Below are positions 46,500 to 60,600 of a DNA stretch of 64,000 nt, in pieces (the first letter of the stretch is position 1; each line of letters begins with the position of its first letter). Under the pieces are notes generated by a model. It had not been told where the DNA came from. It ran no database searches and saw only the letters and a list, made by a program, of their open reading frames with translations. The translations under genes were made by a program, and so were the position numbers. This DNA comes from Podarcis cretensis (lineage: Eukaryota): NCBI GenBank assembly GCA_951804945.1, contig OX638154.1, positions 52,948,001-53,012,000 of the forward strand, read 5' to 3'.

Positions 46500-48300
46500 A
46501 AGTTACAATCTCTCCAGCAGAAAATAATAATGAAGGCCAATTAGTCCTAAGGCGAGTAACAGAATAGCGCTTCAAGGAACGCTCCCGTTTAAGTGTTCAC
46601 TCGTTAACTGTGGTGAGATGAGAAAACGTCGACGGAGAGTTCCTTCCAAAAACTACAGTAAAGAAGGCATTTTCCAATTCACCCCGCAGTTCCGCTGCAA
46701 CCAGCTACTTTTCGGTACCACAAATGAATTAACCCAGAGTAGACCCGACAAGCCTTAAGCACCCCCACCCACCTTGGAGCGCACGAAAATATACCAGAAT
46801 ACTCATATGCTCGGTTTATCGAACGAGTTAAAAGGCAGAGCGTTAAAAGCCGCTCTTAACTCCTCCCCCGGAGCCGCCAACGACGCTAAGAAAGTTCTCT
46901 CTGGGAGAAAGACGTTTACCTCAGCAGACAATGGGGTTCGTTTCCCGCCTCCGCCCCTCCCCTCGTCAGATCTTTTGGCGCCGAATCTCAACGGCCTCTT
47001 TCTACAGGCCGAGGCTGCCTACCACGTGACGCGGCTCTTTTTTTCCCCTCTCCCCCCCGCCCCCTTATCCCTCCCTCCCTCCTTTGCGCGCGCCGGATTG
47101 ATGGGCCTTGAAAATGGCGGCCTAAACTCCGAGTCGGGTCACGTGGCGTCTCGGTTTTTAAGGCGAACCGCCGCCTCCGCCCCCCATGCCGTGAGAAAAC
47201 GGCATGCACCAAACCTCCGGTGGGAGTAATAGGAGGTGAAAGGATGGAGGGGGGGGGGAGAGAATGAAACAAAACGCCACGAGGTAAAGAGGACCAGAAT
47301 ATGCCGCCGAAAGCGAAGCTGAGGGAGAACAAATTCTACGAAGGAATACCTGTGTGGCCGCCCCCATTACTCGAACAAACAAGTCGGCGTTCCCTTCGTC
47401 CTTACCCAGTTCCCGAAAAGACAAAACCTGAGCCGAACCCCGCCGGCGGCGGCGGCGCCAAAGGTGATGGCAGCCCCACAACTCACCTCAAGACCCCGAC
47501 GGAGTGACAACAATCAGCCGAGAAACGCAGCCCACCGCCCCTCCAGATGCTTTTATAGCCCCCTGAGGACACGCCCCAGCAGCGCGAGGCACGCTCTCAA
47601 GGCAAAGAAACTACGACTCCCAGCATGCCTCGCGCCTCCCTGTGAGGCCTTTCGGGAAGCCGGAACTCGTCCTGAGGCGAGTTGAAAATAACCGCAACCC
47701 CCTTCCCCAAAAAGCCAACGGGACGAATGTCAGAGAAACCCTCGAGCATGTTGGAAACGTCGCCTCACTCCCTCTGTTTGCTGTTTCGGGAAACGTAGTC
47801 CGCGGACTCGGAGTAAACCTAGACCACTACTTTTGTAGCATGCCGGAAAATGTAGTTCCAAGTCAGAGTGCTTGTAGTCCGTAGACGGTAGAAGAGCATA
47901 CTGGGAAAGGCTGTGAAATAAATAGCATCCATTCAGAGACCTACTAGCTCTGCGGGCGGCTGAAGACAAGAGGCAGAAACTGTCTTAACCCTCTGACCTC
48001 TTTAACTGCTCTGACACGGATCATCTAGTGTCTGCTGGGCAACCCCCTTCCTCCAGCGTTTTTTATAAGACCATTTGTGTTTATGTATCTTTAAAAACCA
48101 AGGTCCTGGATCACACCACGCATGCTTCAGGTGTGACGAATGAACACAACACAGGGCAGCTCCCGATCCCAGAGAGTTCCGTGCATCAAAGTAAAGAGTG
48201 TGACCGGGAGCGGGTGGAAGTGGCGCGACTCACCTGACCCTCATCTCTGACGCCGGGGTCTCTACCGGCAGAGGGCAGGGTTAGCCTGGCAATGCAGTGG
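46500..48300 (-). promoter_or_regulatory. NASP: NASP CpG island, promoter and non-coding first exon (~47525-47487)
   Basis: CpG-dense region. Donor GAG|GTGAGT at 47487/47486; TATA box CTATAAAA ~47558-47551; ZNF143 motif ACTACGACTCCCAGCATGCCTCGCG ~47610-47634; YY1 AAAATGGCGG ~47111; E-boxes CACGTG ~47023 and ~47140. Confidence 0.8.
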
Positions 48301-49813
48301 TGTCCCCAAGTGCACCTCGCAGTCTTCGGCTTAGAGGGAAATGGAAACCATTCGCTCAGGCTAGGGAAAAATAAAGCACTGCGAGTGGAGGAAACAACGC
48401 ACATAGGATAATACCTACCCAGGTCTTCCCTACTGAGATGTGTGCATACTGGATATGTCATATTTCAAGCCCAGCAGACTGGGCTTAGAAAGTGATTGAC
48501 CCAAAGATTAAGCTTCATAGCTTTGCGAGGATTTGGGACCTATTTATCTGCGGTTCTCTTATTTTTCAAGCCTTGGTTCCCAGGCTACAATTCCCATCCT
48601 CCTTGACAATTGGCTAAGCTGGCTGAGCAATACTTACCTGCTGCATCACTAGCTCTCAGTAACGTTGCTATTGATAAAAGATTGTATCTGAACATGTGCA
48701 GGCTATGTAGTCTCCCTAACAAGTATGCTTAGGATTGCAGCATTAGAAATTAACCTTACTGGTGCATGCCAGTAGCTAATTACGACCAAGAAACTGACAA
48801 AATGCTGCAACATTTTTTCTGGTTCAGTACTAGCCTTATAAGAATGGCCTATTGTGTTCATTAGGCTTTCTTCCAAGGTCCACAATCTCCCTATGCAAAG
48901 TTAAGCATGCCTAAACATGTTTATTTCAGTGGCCTCAGGCACACCTAACTGCACAGGACTCTGCTGTAAGTGTGCACAAATTGTCGCCTTATGGGAGTAA
49001 ACACAAACTGCTAACATAGAACAAAATCCTACTAACAATACTACTAGGAGTTGTCTTTAGTTAGAGAACAGTTAACACCTCTTGAAAGCGTATATTACTA
49101 ATAACTGGGTTAAAAACAGGACAGGATTCTGCACCCTTAATAGTTGTGTAGGGTGGAATTTTAGCAGACACAAGCTTACACCTGCTGAAAATTCTTCTAC
49201 ACAACTATTAAGGGTGCAGGAGCCTTATCTTGTATCTGGCCACCTAGCAAAAATAAGGGAAACTGCACTAGTAATAACAGCAATGTCTTTTAGGCAGCAA
49301 TAATTCCCAGTCAAAAGATACTGACCTAATCAGTATTAATGCAAAGTTCTCTAAAGATTACAGTTGAAGTAAAGTTTGGTCTGTAGTTTGTTTCCACATC
49401 TTCTTACATAAATTAAGTCTTGTGTGTGCTTGACTGTTGGCTGTAAGGCTTCTGTGAACCACCCACCAATCTGAAACTTTATGTTACCTGTTGTATTGTC
49501 ATCTATGGTATGAACTTCAATATACTTTTTCAGTTAAGAGTATTTTTTTAAAAAGCTGAGTCTCATTTAAAAACAACTAGTGATGGAGAAGATTTTTAAA
49601 TGAGTAGACATTGACATTGATTATGCAGCTAAGAACCTCATCACTGTTCTGCTATCAACAGCTGCTGCTCCTCTCTTGTTATTAGCTCCCTGCTAAAAGC
49701 TTCTACCTACCCAAATGTCATCCTGCTGGGTCTTTACTTTCATAGGCTGAATAATTAACTCCATTCATTAGATAAGGTAAATTGCCTGCCTAATGCAAAG
49801 GTTGTAGATGTTA

Positions 49814-50152
<339 letters not shown>

Positions 50153-51694
50153 TCAAAGAGTGCACTAGCTGCAGCATATTGCAACCTAGGTGAATCTTCC
50201 TTGGGAATAATTTCAGACATATACACACTTGCTAGCATATACAAAACTGAATATATTTACCAAAAAGACAATATAGGTTTTCAGACAAGGTATCTTAAGA
50301 TCCCAACCAAGGGAATCATTATATATATATACCCAGACAGCTGACAATTTTACTAAGAAAAATACTAATAACAAAACTGTAGCTTGTATTTTGGATCTGG
50401 ATCCCTGAAGATGCAATATATGTCTGCTTTTAATTCAAAACGCTTTAACCTACTGCAGCAATCCGAACGTTACCTTAAAAACACTAGTACCCCTTCAACT
50501 CCAGTATAAGATACTGTATAAGATACATGTTTGGACATAATGTTCTTAGTGTATCAAAGTCACCAGGAATACCCGAGGATTTGATTGTTTCAGCCCCGCA
50601 CATAAAATACAATTTTTCTATACAAGGACATCCTGAATAACACTGAGTTGGATTTTTGTAAGTTGAAGGAGGAGGGGAACAGGGAGCTAGAGAATATGAA
50701 AGGGAGTGGGTGACTGTGCTCCCTTTTGTAAAATAAAAAATAAAAAAGCAGAATTTCATGGATGTAGACATTTAACTTAATTACTTCTCCATGGTGCGGC
50801 ACTTCACTGAAGGACTGCATAGCTAAATCCTGAGCACCACTTTGGCAGCAAAACAGCTGGTATTTCAACACTAAAAATAATTTTCAATCCCATCAATAGT
50901 ACAATGTTCAGAAGATCGGTTTACAGTAGCTCTTATGAGGAAGTGGCTCTTCATAGGAGACAGACTAGCAAGTCCTCAGACATTTGGACTCCATAATAGA
51001 CCTGTTTGCACGATGGGTCACTATGAGGTCTGACCTGTTACAGGATTCTAGTGATGATTAAGATTATGTGTACCCCTTTCTCTACTTTTCCCTCTCCCTT
51101 TCTGGTTTCTTTTTTGTTCTCTTCTTTATGGGAAAGAATAACAATTTAAAATCAAATAAAATTAATTAAAGAAGGTCTTCCATTACAAAGTACATGTATA
51201 TATACATATGTAAATAAGGGAGGACATTTTGGAAAAGATTGACAGAAAAATGTGAAAAGGTTGTTTTAAACTATCCTCCTGAGAGTTCATACACGGCTGG
51301 AGGAGATGGTTCAGTTAATACACAATGGGGTTAGCGATTTCCATCTAGCATTAAATGCAGTAGCAGTATCAAGCAAATTCTGTTTCAAATTATGTTCACT
51401 GTAAGCAGGCTTGTGATATTAGAGCACATTCAGTGTTAAATCAGGCTAACACTGCTTGTCATAGCATAAGCATAATTTTGGACCAAGGTGGGACTTACAA
51501 ACTTGTGCATTTATTTTTAATGCTTACACATGTCTCTTGCAATTTATTTCTGTTCCTGTCATTCATTTCTTTATAAACATGTAGAAACAAATAAAGGCCA
51601 CATACACAAAAATCCCAGAAACCGTCTTTTTAAGTCTAATAACCCATGGCAGTCTTGAGTGAAATTCTATCTTCTGTCTTCTAAACTACTGGAG

Positions 51695-54600
51695 TTAATA
51701 GGGATCATTGAAAGGATAGAGGGGGTGTCCAGCATCCCTTGCAACAAGTTTGCCCTCGACCTGTAGAAGATAAAGATAAAGTGAAAAGGAAGTACAATTG
51801 TTACAGTTATTCTAGAAAATGAATGCTAGCTTTCAGGTGCATGTGCATAACCAGTGGGGAAACTGTCACAGCTAATAGAAGCTGATCAAAGGAGCAGCTA
51901 TCTTCTATAGCAATTGCAACTTAAAGTAATAGAATGTTGGATATACTAGCAAGGCAAAATTAGAATTAATCCTACTGAGCTGAGTACGAGCCATGAATCT
52001 AATGAAACAGCATTGATCCCAATTTGAGGCCCTTTTATAAAACACACTGGCAACATGGGAGCATGCGGACAAGTCTCCAATGAAGATGACAGAAAGTTTT
52101 GAACGTATTTTGCATATGGTAAAATGAGATGGTTTATAGGTGTGAATATGATTACACTGGGGGAAATGGAACATGTTTTGAAGGATACACACACACACAG
52201 AGCACAGAGAAAAGGAAAACCAATAAGGGTGACAAGAGGGCAATATGATGCTTTTATAGAAACCCTTGGATAATGTACAATAAGGTTCTGTTGATAGAGA
52301 ATAGTTTTCTTCCTCATCTCAGGAGCCACTAGGGGGCATGCAACACAGGCAATACAGCTTGTACCATCACAAATGCAAATTTAAAAATTGCTTGTTCATT
52401 AAATATTGCATTAGAAGGGGGGGCAGGAAGCAAAATGAAACCTACAGAACTTTTCAAGGACAAATTAGTAATTTATTCTCTTCATGCATCTCTCTTAGCA
52501 AGGAAAAATATCTGATCTATTTTTACACAGAAGGAAAATCCTCTGTATCTTTATCACATATCCTCAGCTACCAGGGCCAGCCCTCTCATCAGACAACATG
52601 AGATACTTTTCTTGCTGCTGTTTGGAAAAGCACATATATCTGATCTTTGAAGAATTTGTAAGTAAACCATTTTCAGTTTGCCAAACGTGGTCTCTTTCAC
52701 AAAGAGGAAGTAGGAGCTTTGAAATAAACTTAGAAGAGGATATTTTAAAGATCTAACAGCCTATATTCCGGCACTTTACTTTACTGCTCTTTTTGTGATT
52801 TTAAATCTTTTCTGGGGCTCTTTCACCAAAGAGTACTTGCCCTAAACCTGAATGTAGGCCATCCAGGGAATTCTCATTTTATTATTTTAAGCCTAATTTA
52901 CAGCTAAAAACACCAACACATTTGATATCTGTTTTAAAAATTAAATCAAATGATGCACTGCTTGCTAGCCAGTAGCATTCACAAGAAGTAATCATGTTAA
53001 GTAAATAGCTTGTCATCTACACAATGGGTTACCCCAAGTTCTACTTCAGCTGTTTTGTTTGAATGCCAGTTACTAAGGGATAAATGAATAAGAAGGGTTA
53101 GAGTGTTAAACACCCTCGTGGGAGGCGAATGATACAAAGCCTCAATTATGGTGAAAATGCCTTAGAGAGCAAGAGGCAACATTACCGTAACCATTGGAAC
53201 AATATATCGCCAGTTCTTATTCAGGCTCCCAATAAAGCTCATCTCTTCCGCTGTCAGGTTGAAGTCAAACACCTAAAACCAGAAGCAGATACTTTAAATG
53301 ATAATAATGTTTTATTTATACCCTGCCTTTCCCGGTTTAAAAACTGGGCTCAGGGAGGCTAACAGCAAATATAAAACATTGATTAAAATGCAACTTTAAA
53401 AGAGCATAAAACAACATAAAATACAACATAAAACGCAGCATCAATATCAATAAATTTCAAGAATTCAGGGGTCATTTTGGGAAAAGAAAAAAACACAAAA
53501 TAGTCAGTAGACATCAAATGATCACCAGGGCTAACTGGCCAAGTTGGTCCTACTAGGGCCAGCAAGGAGACCAGGGAAGAATTTAAATGTGGGGTCTCAT
53601 AAAGGGTTTCTTCATAGAAGAGGAAAGGGAAAAGGGAATGGAGGATCAGGCTAATTCAAACTGAATTATTTAAGATATGATTTTCACTCACACTAATCCA
53701 CAACCCTCTCTACCTTGCCTTTCTAGTCACAGTGCATTCCTTATATTGAGCAGGTTAGCATTAATCTTACATTGTGCAAAAGATGGACCATATAAGCATT
53801 TTCTTTACTTACTGCTATCTTATTTTTTTAAAAAAAACCAGCTTTAATCCACTATAAGATGTTTTCAGCTACTCTGCATGTCCGGTGCATATGAAGTATG
53901 CTTCTTTTCTGCATCTCCCCTACTAAAGACTAAGTGGAAAAGAAACAAATTTTGCTCCTCAGTTATCAGCAAATCTCCTTAAGGAGCTGAATAGCAGAGA
54001 TTAGGTGGAAGTAACTCCCTCTGGGTTGACAGGAGGCAGAATTAAGATGGATGACTTCCTCCAAAAGCAAGGGCTTCCTTGCAAGGCCACTGTGCATGGA
54101 GTTTATAAAACAGATCCAGCCTTTGGAAATGAGACAGAGAACCATTTGTGCACAGCAGCTTGCAATGGGAAACAGACACTAGGGAAACCCTCTCTGCTCA
54201 CAAGCTAAATAATTTCAAATAGCCTGCCCTACAACCCTTGAGCATATAATAAAAGGCTATTATTGCTTTCCTCGAGGTAGAGGGCAGTTTCTCCCTCAAT
54301 AACAGAAGCCTGAATTTGTTGCTAGACATAAACATCAAATTCCCAAGAGAAGACTTATTTAGTGATATGAGGCTTGAATACCCTCCACAAATCTTCAGAC
54401 ACAAAGATGACCAATGAAAAAAGTTCTGACTTCCATCAGGGAGTTCTCATTCGTAGGCTTCTCAAATCTAGTTAAACACCAGCTGAAGGCAATGGTGACT
54501 GGGTGGTGAAGGGGGGTGCAGCAGGAAGAACTCTCATAGGCTTCTTCAGCAAAACCAGCATTGCCCAACACAAAGCCCTCTCATTCAGTAGTGAAGTTGG

Positions 54601-57600
54601 AATGAAAGTTAAATGATCTGCTTCTGAGAGAGTTCCTGTCGAGCTCATCTCTTCACCTGCCCTGCCTAACTTTGCTATGCAGGAGATGGAGTTGCTGTCA
54701 GTGTTTGGTAGTTGTCATGCAATTTTTGTGTTTTGTTTTGGTTTTTATAATCTCAAGCAAAACCAAAATCTGCCGTCTTCCTTGAAATGAAGATAATCTT
54801 AATCCTGCCTCCTGTCATCCTAGAGAGTGGAACTTCCTAGTCACTCCACTCCAACACACACAATCCAAAGAATTTGGGAGGATCTCCCCGAAAACACTAT
54901 AATATTGCCAACATGATTCTGAACTTCATTTTAATAGCACTTGAAAAGCCATGTTCTGGCTTAGTGATAAAATTATGGAGTAATTTTTCAGCAATGCTCT
55001 CAAAATGGGGAAGGCAGAAATTTATTTTTGCCTGGACTATAGAGAAAAGCCCTGGAGAAAAAGATCAAAGATTATGGTGAACTCATTTAAATCCAAAAGG
55101 AACATGCACAATTAAAATTGATTGAAGCGAGGCTTTAAGAGAATACAGCTACCCAAATCAAAGCTGGAAAGGAAAATCCCTTTGAGGCACTGGAAACAGA
55201 TGGCAATGAATGCACACAATTGAGGGTCAGCTTCAGCAGACTGAACATGTAGAGTACAAAGACTGGATGTGCTAAACTAGTATGTTCCAGTCTCTAACAG
55301 TCAGATACCCAGATAAGCCTCTGCTGATACATATAGTAGAAAAAGAGTTGATCAACCACTGCACTGTGTGGCTGCTGCACAGAATGAACTGGAACTGGAA
55401 AATATGCATGCATTGGCTATATAAAACTACTACATGGTAGGACCACACCTTACTTAGACAATGTCAGTAAGGACAGACAGGGAGAACAGAAGCCTTAGTA
55501 CTGCAAGCCAAGGCAGTGCTGCTTCTGAAAGGCCTGGCAGGAGGCCTCACTCACCTGGAGATTCTGGAGTATGCGAGCAGGAGTAACGCTCTTGGGAATG
55601 ACAACCACTTTGCGCTGTACTTGCCATCTATCAGAGTTAAAAGGAGAATCTGTGATTCCTCCACAATGTCTAAATAAAATCCAAAACAGTCAATCCAGAT
55701 AGCAAAATAGTATGTGCCACAGACACTGCTGCCATCCTCTTTGTTTCTACAGGCCTCTCATGCCTTCTAAGTCATCTTTGGGGCTCAGAGTGTGACACAG
55801 CATAATCTTAAGAAGACAGAGCTCCAAGCTCTGGGAAAGCTCAGTTGCTGGGGAGCAAGACAGAGCTCCAAAACAGCTCCTTTCAGAAAAACCTCAGAAT
55901 GGATTCTCAAAATGAATGGTTATTTTTGAAAAGTTGAGCCCACTTGGGCCTTGATAATGCTTGCAATATAGCCAAGAAATCCCAGCATATTCTCTGATAT
56001 TACGTTCTCCTTTCTCGCTTGGGGAGCTTTTGTTTCCTCCAGTATCTCTTCTCTTAAAAGGATCTGACTCTATCTTGAAGAGTATTGAATCTGCTTAGAG
56101 CCTACCGCTCACCATAACCTTTCAGCCTTTTGAAGAAATGGGAGAGGCAGCTGAAAATGCTTTATTGCCATTGAGAAGCCAAAGTCAGCTAAACAGACCA
56201 TTTTGGCTAAAACAAGGATGAGGAACCTGTGGACTCTCCAGATGTTGCTTGACTACAACTCTCATCATTCTGGACCACTTGCTCAATTTGCTGGCTGGTT
56301 AGACAGGAGTTGTAGCCCTGCAACAGTTGCCCAGGGCAGGCGGTGACAGCAGAGGTTTCCCACCCCTTGGGCTAAAACAAAGTTCATAGTGAATTCACAC
56401 AGAAACCAAAAAGATCCATTTGTTCCAGTAGGTCCTCACCATGTCCTCTACCAAATTCTAGCCTGCTATTACCTGAGAAGAATCTGAGCAGGAGATTTGC
56501 TGTATTTTTCAGCTAGCTTTTTTATCCCAGGTTCTTCCAGCAACACAGGTTCATCTGGGTGCTTCCACATCCGGTCAGGGGAACCAAGAGGGCTGTAAGC
56601 AGTTACCACCAGCCCTTTCTGATGGCAGTGAGCTATCAGTTCATTCTGGGCAAGGTAAGGGTGACATTCCACCTATTTTAAAAAGCAATATATAGTAATG
56701 AGAAGACTGCTAAAGGGTGGGGGGAGAGACACCCACCTGCACTGCAGAAGCAGGAAAGGCAGATGCAGGTCAATTCATATATGGGCAGAAACGGCAGTAT
56801 GGCATTCACAAGCCACATTATTTCTGCTCTTAGAGGAAACCCTCCCACTTGTGGCATAAACATTCTAAAGCAGAAGTGCAAAATTGATCACGGTTGGGGC
56901 TGGATTAACTGGGAGTAGAATAACCCAAGTCACTGACCATTTCTTTATCTCCACCCTGCAGGGGCTGATAACATTTCCTTTACTACACATACTAGCTACA
57001 ATCTGCAATCTGTTTATTCTGCAGCAGTCCTGCTAATTTTAAGACAACATGCAGATAACACACTATCCAGGCATAACAGCTTTGTAAAACCATGTATGCC
57101 GTTATAGAATTTTTGTATAAAAAAGTATATATTTTCTGAAACAATCAAGTTTTGGCTTCCATTCCTTTCTCAAGACACCTGACCTTAAGGATCCCTATTG
57201 CTTTACAAAATGCCTTCTATTACCAGACTCTCGTTTGCAAATACTGTAAGGAATGCTGTGAGACCGGTTGTGTCATGCTGAAATCAATGTTGAAAGGAGA
57301 ACATTATTAAGAGAGGGTTTTTTTAAACAAATGTCTCTGTTGCAGAGGATCATGCAAGCCACTCAAGAGTCTGCAGCACTCCACCACCCTTTCCTTTGCC
57401 ATAAGAATTCTGGTTATTGATCACATGTTTTAGCAAATCGTTGATAGCACTCACCAGGATCTATCACAGTTAATTCTCAATCTGGGTACCAGAACCAGTA
57501 GTATACTATGCAAAATAAGTTTAAAGATAACTAATGGCTCAAGTGAGTCTGAAGTACCCATTCACTCAAATGATCACATCTTTTTGTCAAGAGATTCACT

Positions 57601-60600
57601 ATAAATGCATCACTTCTCCCTCCACTCCTCATTTTCTGCCAAGGAGAATACAATATGTTGGGGGCCCAATTTAAATTAGGGAGGAGGAAGAGTCAAACCT
57701 CTTACTCTAGTACTGCTTCTTCAAAATAACAGCCTCAAACAGCATGGGCAAAGCTAAAAACAAAACCACCAAAAGAAAGAGTGATAACTAAGAGTGGGAA
57801 AGCTGGGCTATTTTGATTGCATTTCTCATATTAAAAGGAAACCAACCCTTAAGAGTAAACAGTCGCTTTAAGTAAAAACTGCAAGTCCCAACTGCTTGAA
57901 CCTTTCTTAGAAGAAGTGTGTATCTGAAGAAGTGTGCATGCACACGAAAGCTCATACCAAGAACTAACTTAGTTGGTCTTTAAAGTGCTACTGGAAGGAT
58001 TTTTTTTATTTTGTTTTGACTATGGCAGACCAACACGGCTACGTATCTGTAACTTTCTTAGAAGAGTCAAGCGGGGTTTTTTGTACAGGACGTTCCATTC
58101 TGCAGAGGCAGTTCCACGGCACAGCCACCCCACGCCCAACAGAAACAGAAGCATCCATCCTTATGGCCCACCTTCTCTCCCCTGCCAAGAAAACCATCTC
58201 AGAAAATAACCTGCTCCCTCTTTTTCTGCATCTGCCTTACCTGTAGCACAGCTGGCTTTACAGAAGCTATGCCAAGGATATCATCAATTTGACGGCTATT
58301 GAAGTTTGATAACCCAATGGCTTTCACCAGACCCTTTCCCACTAGCTTCTCCATCGCCTTCCAAGTTTCTTTGTAGTCAGTGTAGTCATAGCGCATTGTG
58401 CCATCAGGATTCTTGGGGAAGAGGTTGTCCCCCCGCCTATTATAAAAAATATGCACAGCAAACAGATAACTAGCACAATCTTAAGTCTATTTAAGTTCAA
58501 CTCAGTAGAAGCACTGCTAAAATCCATGTCATATGACCCAGATCCAGATCCAGATCCAGCTCTTCTCCTTTCCCACTTACAATGTGGTCAAGTAGTTGAT
58601 ATGATATTAATTGTTAACTAATTGTTAACTACAAATCAACCCATATAAATTTATGGCCGTATAAATTGAGTTATGACTGACCAAGTAACTCCTATAAATC
58701 CACAGCTTTGGTTATAACAGCACAGAATCTAGAAGCTGGCACAGAGCAGGGTGGGGAACCTATGGTCCTCCAGTTGTGGTTGGACTACAAGTCTCACAAT
58801 CCCTCACTAGTTGGTTGGGGTTGATGGGAGTTAGCATCTAGCAACAACTGAAGGACCACAGGTTTCTTTTCAATAGGCCTCTTAAGAATTCGTTTTCATT
58901 CATTAGGCTTTTGTTTCCTCCCTTTTTTCCCTTTTGCAAAAGAAAGAAGAATCTCAAACCCTCAACAGTGAAGGCAAACAAAACGAACTGTGTTTGCTGT
59001 AAACCTGAGGAACAGAAGGGGCAACAGGGCTGGCTCATCATTCTGTGACAACAAATTCCTATCTGTGCAGGTGGTGAAAGGTATCTGACCCTCCCATACC
59101 CTCTAAGTGCTGCTGTGGTTTCATGTTCCACATTTCCTTCCTACGGACACTCACTCGAAGGCATGTGGCCAGTGCATGAGGTAGAGGTCCAGGTACTCCA
59201 GTTTTAGATCTTCCAGGGTCTTCTTTAGAGCTGGCTCCACATCTTCTGGGTGGTGCTTGGTGTTCCATAACTTGGAAGTCACAAACAGCTCTTCCCTCTT
59301 AATGGCCTTTTAGAAAGAATGGGGAAGGGAATCTTTTCAGTGCTCAAGAAGTTTCTCATCCCTTGATTAGATTTTTGTGTGTGCCTTCTGTGCTATTATG
59401 CTAAGGAAGCTTCATTTCCAGAGTCAACAGAACAACACAGACATGTTTTTAATGTGCCCTGTGAATTTTTTTTGCAGCAAAAGGACATTTAGCAAAGGGA
59501 CAGGCAGAATGTCAAAGCAACAGAGCCCACTAACACACAGCAGGCAGCAGGAACAATAGCTGATTGCCATCTTGGTAGGTTTATATGGAGATGTAATTAC
59601 ACTTTGTAAGCAGAGCCAATCTGAAATAAACATGAAACTTCCACCCACCCAGCCTTTTTGCAGCAGCAATATTCTCGCTCCTTTTTTTTACCTTGTCATT
59701 TCCAACCATCTCTTGGAGAGCATCACCTATCTCTCCTTCATTGCTGTAAGCCGGAGCACAGTCAATGTGGTGATAGCCAGCACTAAGGGCATATTTTACT
59801 GCCTCCTTTACCTGTAAGAAAAATAGGGAGATTGTTGAATAAGAATGTGGAGACATCTGCTTCATTTTAGCCGACGGTGCCATTCCAAATCTACAAGAAC
59901 TTATGACAGAAGGCCTATACATCTTGGAGAAAGTTTCATAATTTTATAAAATGAGAGATTTGCACTTTTTTATCCTTTTCCCTTTACACTTTAAGGTGAT
60001 TTATGCCAAATAGCAATGTAGTGTAGGGGTGGTTAGAATGTCAGACTAGAACCTGGGAGACCAAGGTTCAAGTCTTCACTTGGCCATGAAGCTTTACTGG
60101 GTGACTCTGAACCAGTCACTACCTCTTTGCCTAACCTACCTCACTGTGTTGTGGGGAATAAATGAGGATGGAAGAATCATGTATGCCACCTTGAGCACTT
60201 ACATCATTTAACAGTGAACACCATACACATACTACCACAAGTCCCATTGTCTGGTTGCACATCCACAAAGAGATAATGTGTATGTAAGTGATTCTCAGCA
60301 AGGTCAATACACTTTCTCACATTCTCTCCGTGTCCTCCGCCCACCGGAACTATGCCTATTTTATTTTTTTAAGCAATGTTTTTATCCAGTTCTCCAATTA
60401 GAAGAACAAACAACATTTAGCAAAGGTTTCCGTGGAAATAATAGAATAAATAATATGCCTAGATGATGTTTCATCTGATAAAAGCTCCTGCATTTTTTGT
60501 TTGAAAGGAGATGAAACAATATTCACAAAAGGATGATAAGAGCCTTTGGTTTTAGGTTTTTGTTGGGGTTTTTTAAAAAAGAAAAAGATCAGAGCATCTG

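Noticed and set aside
46774-47969. Cluster of 60-150-aa ORFs on both strands
   Set aside because: Expected from the stop-poor GC-rich CpG island; no homology or coding splice pattern.
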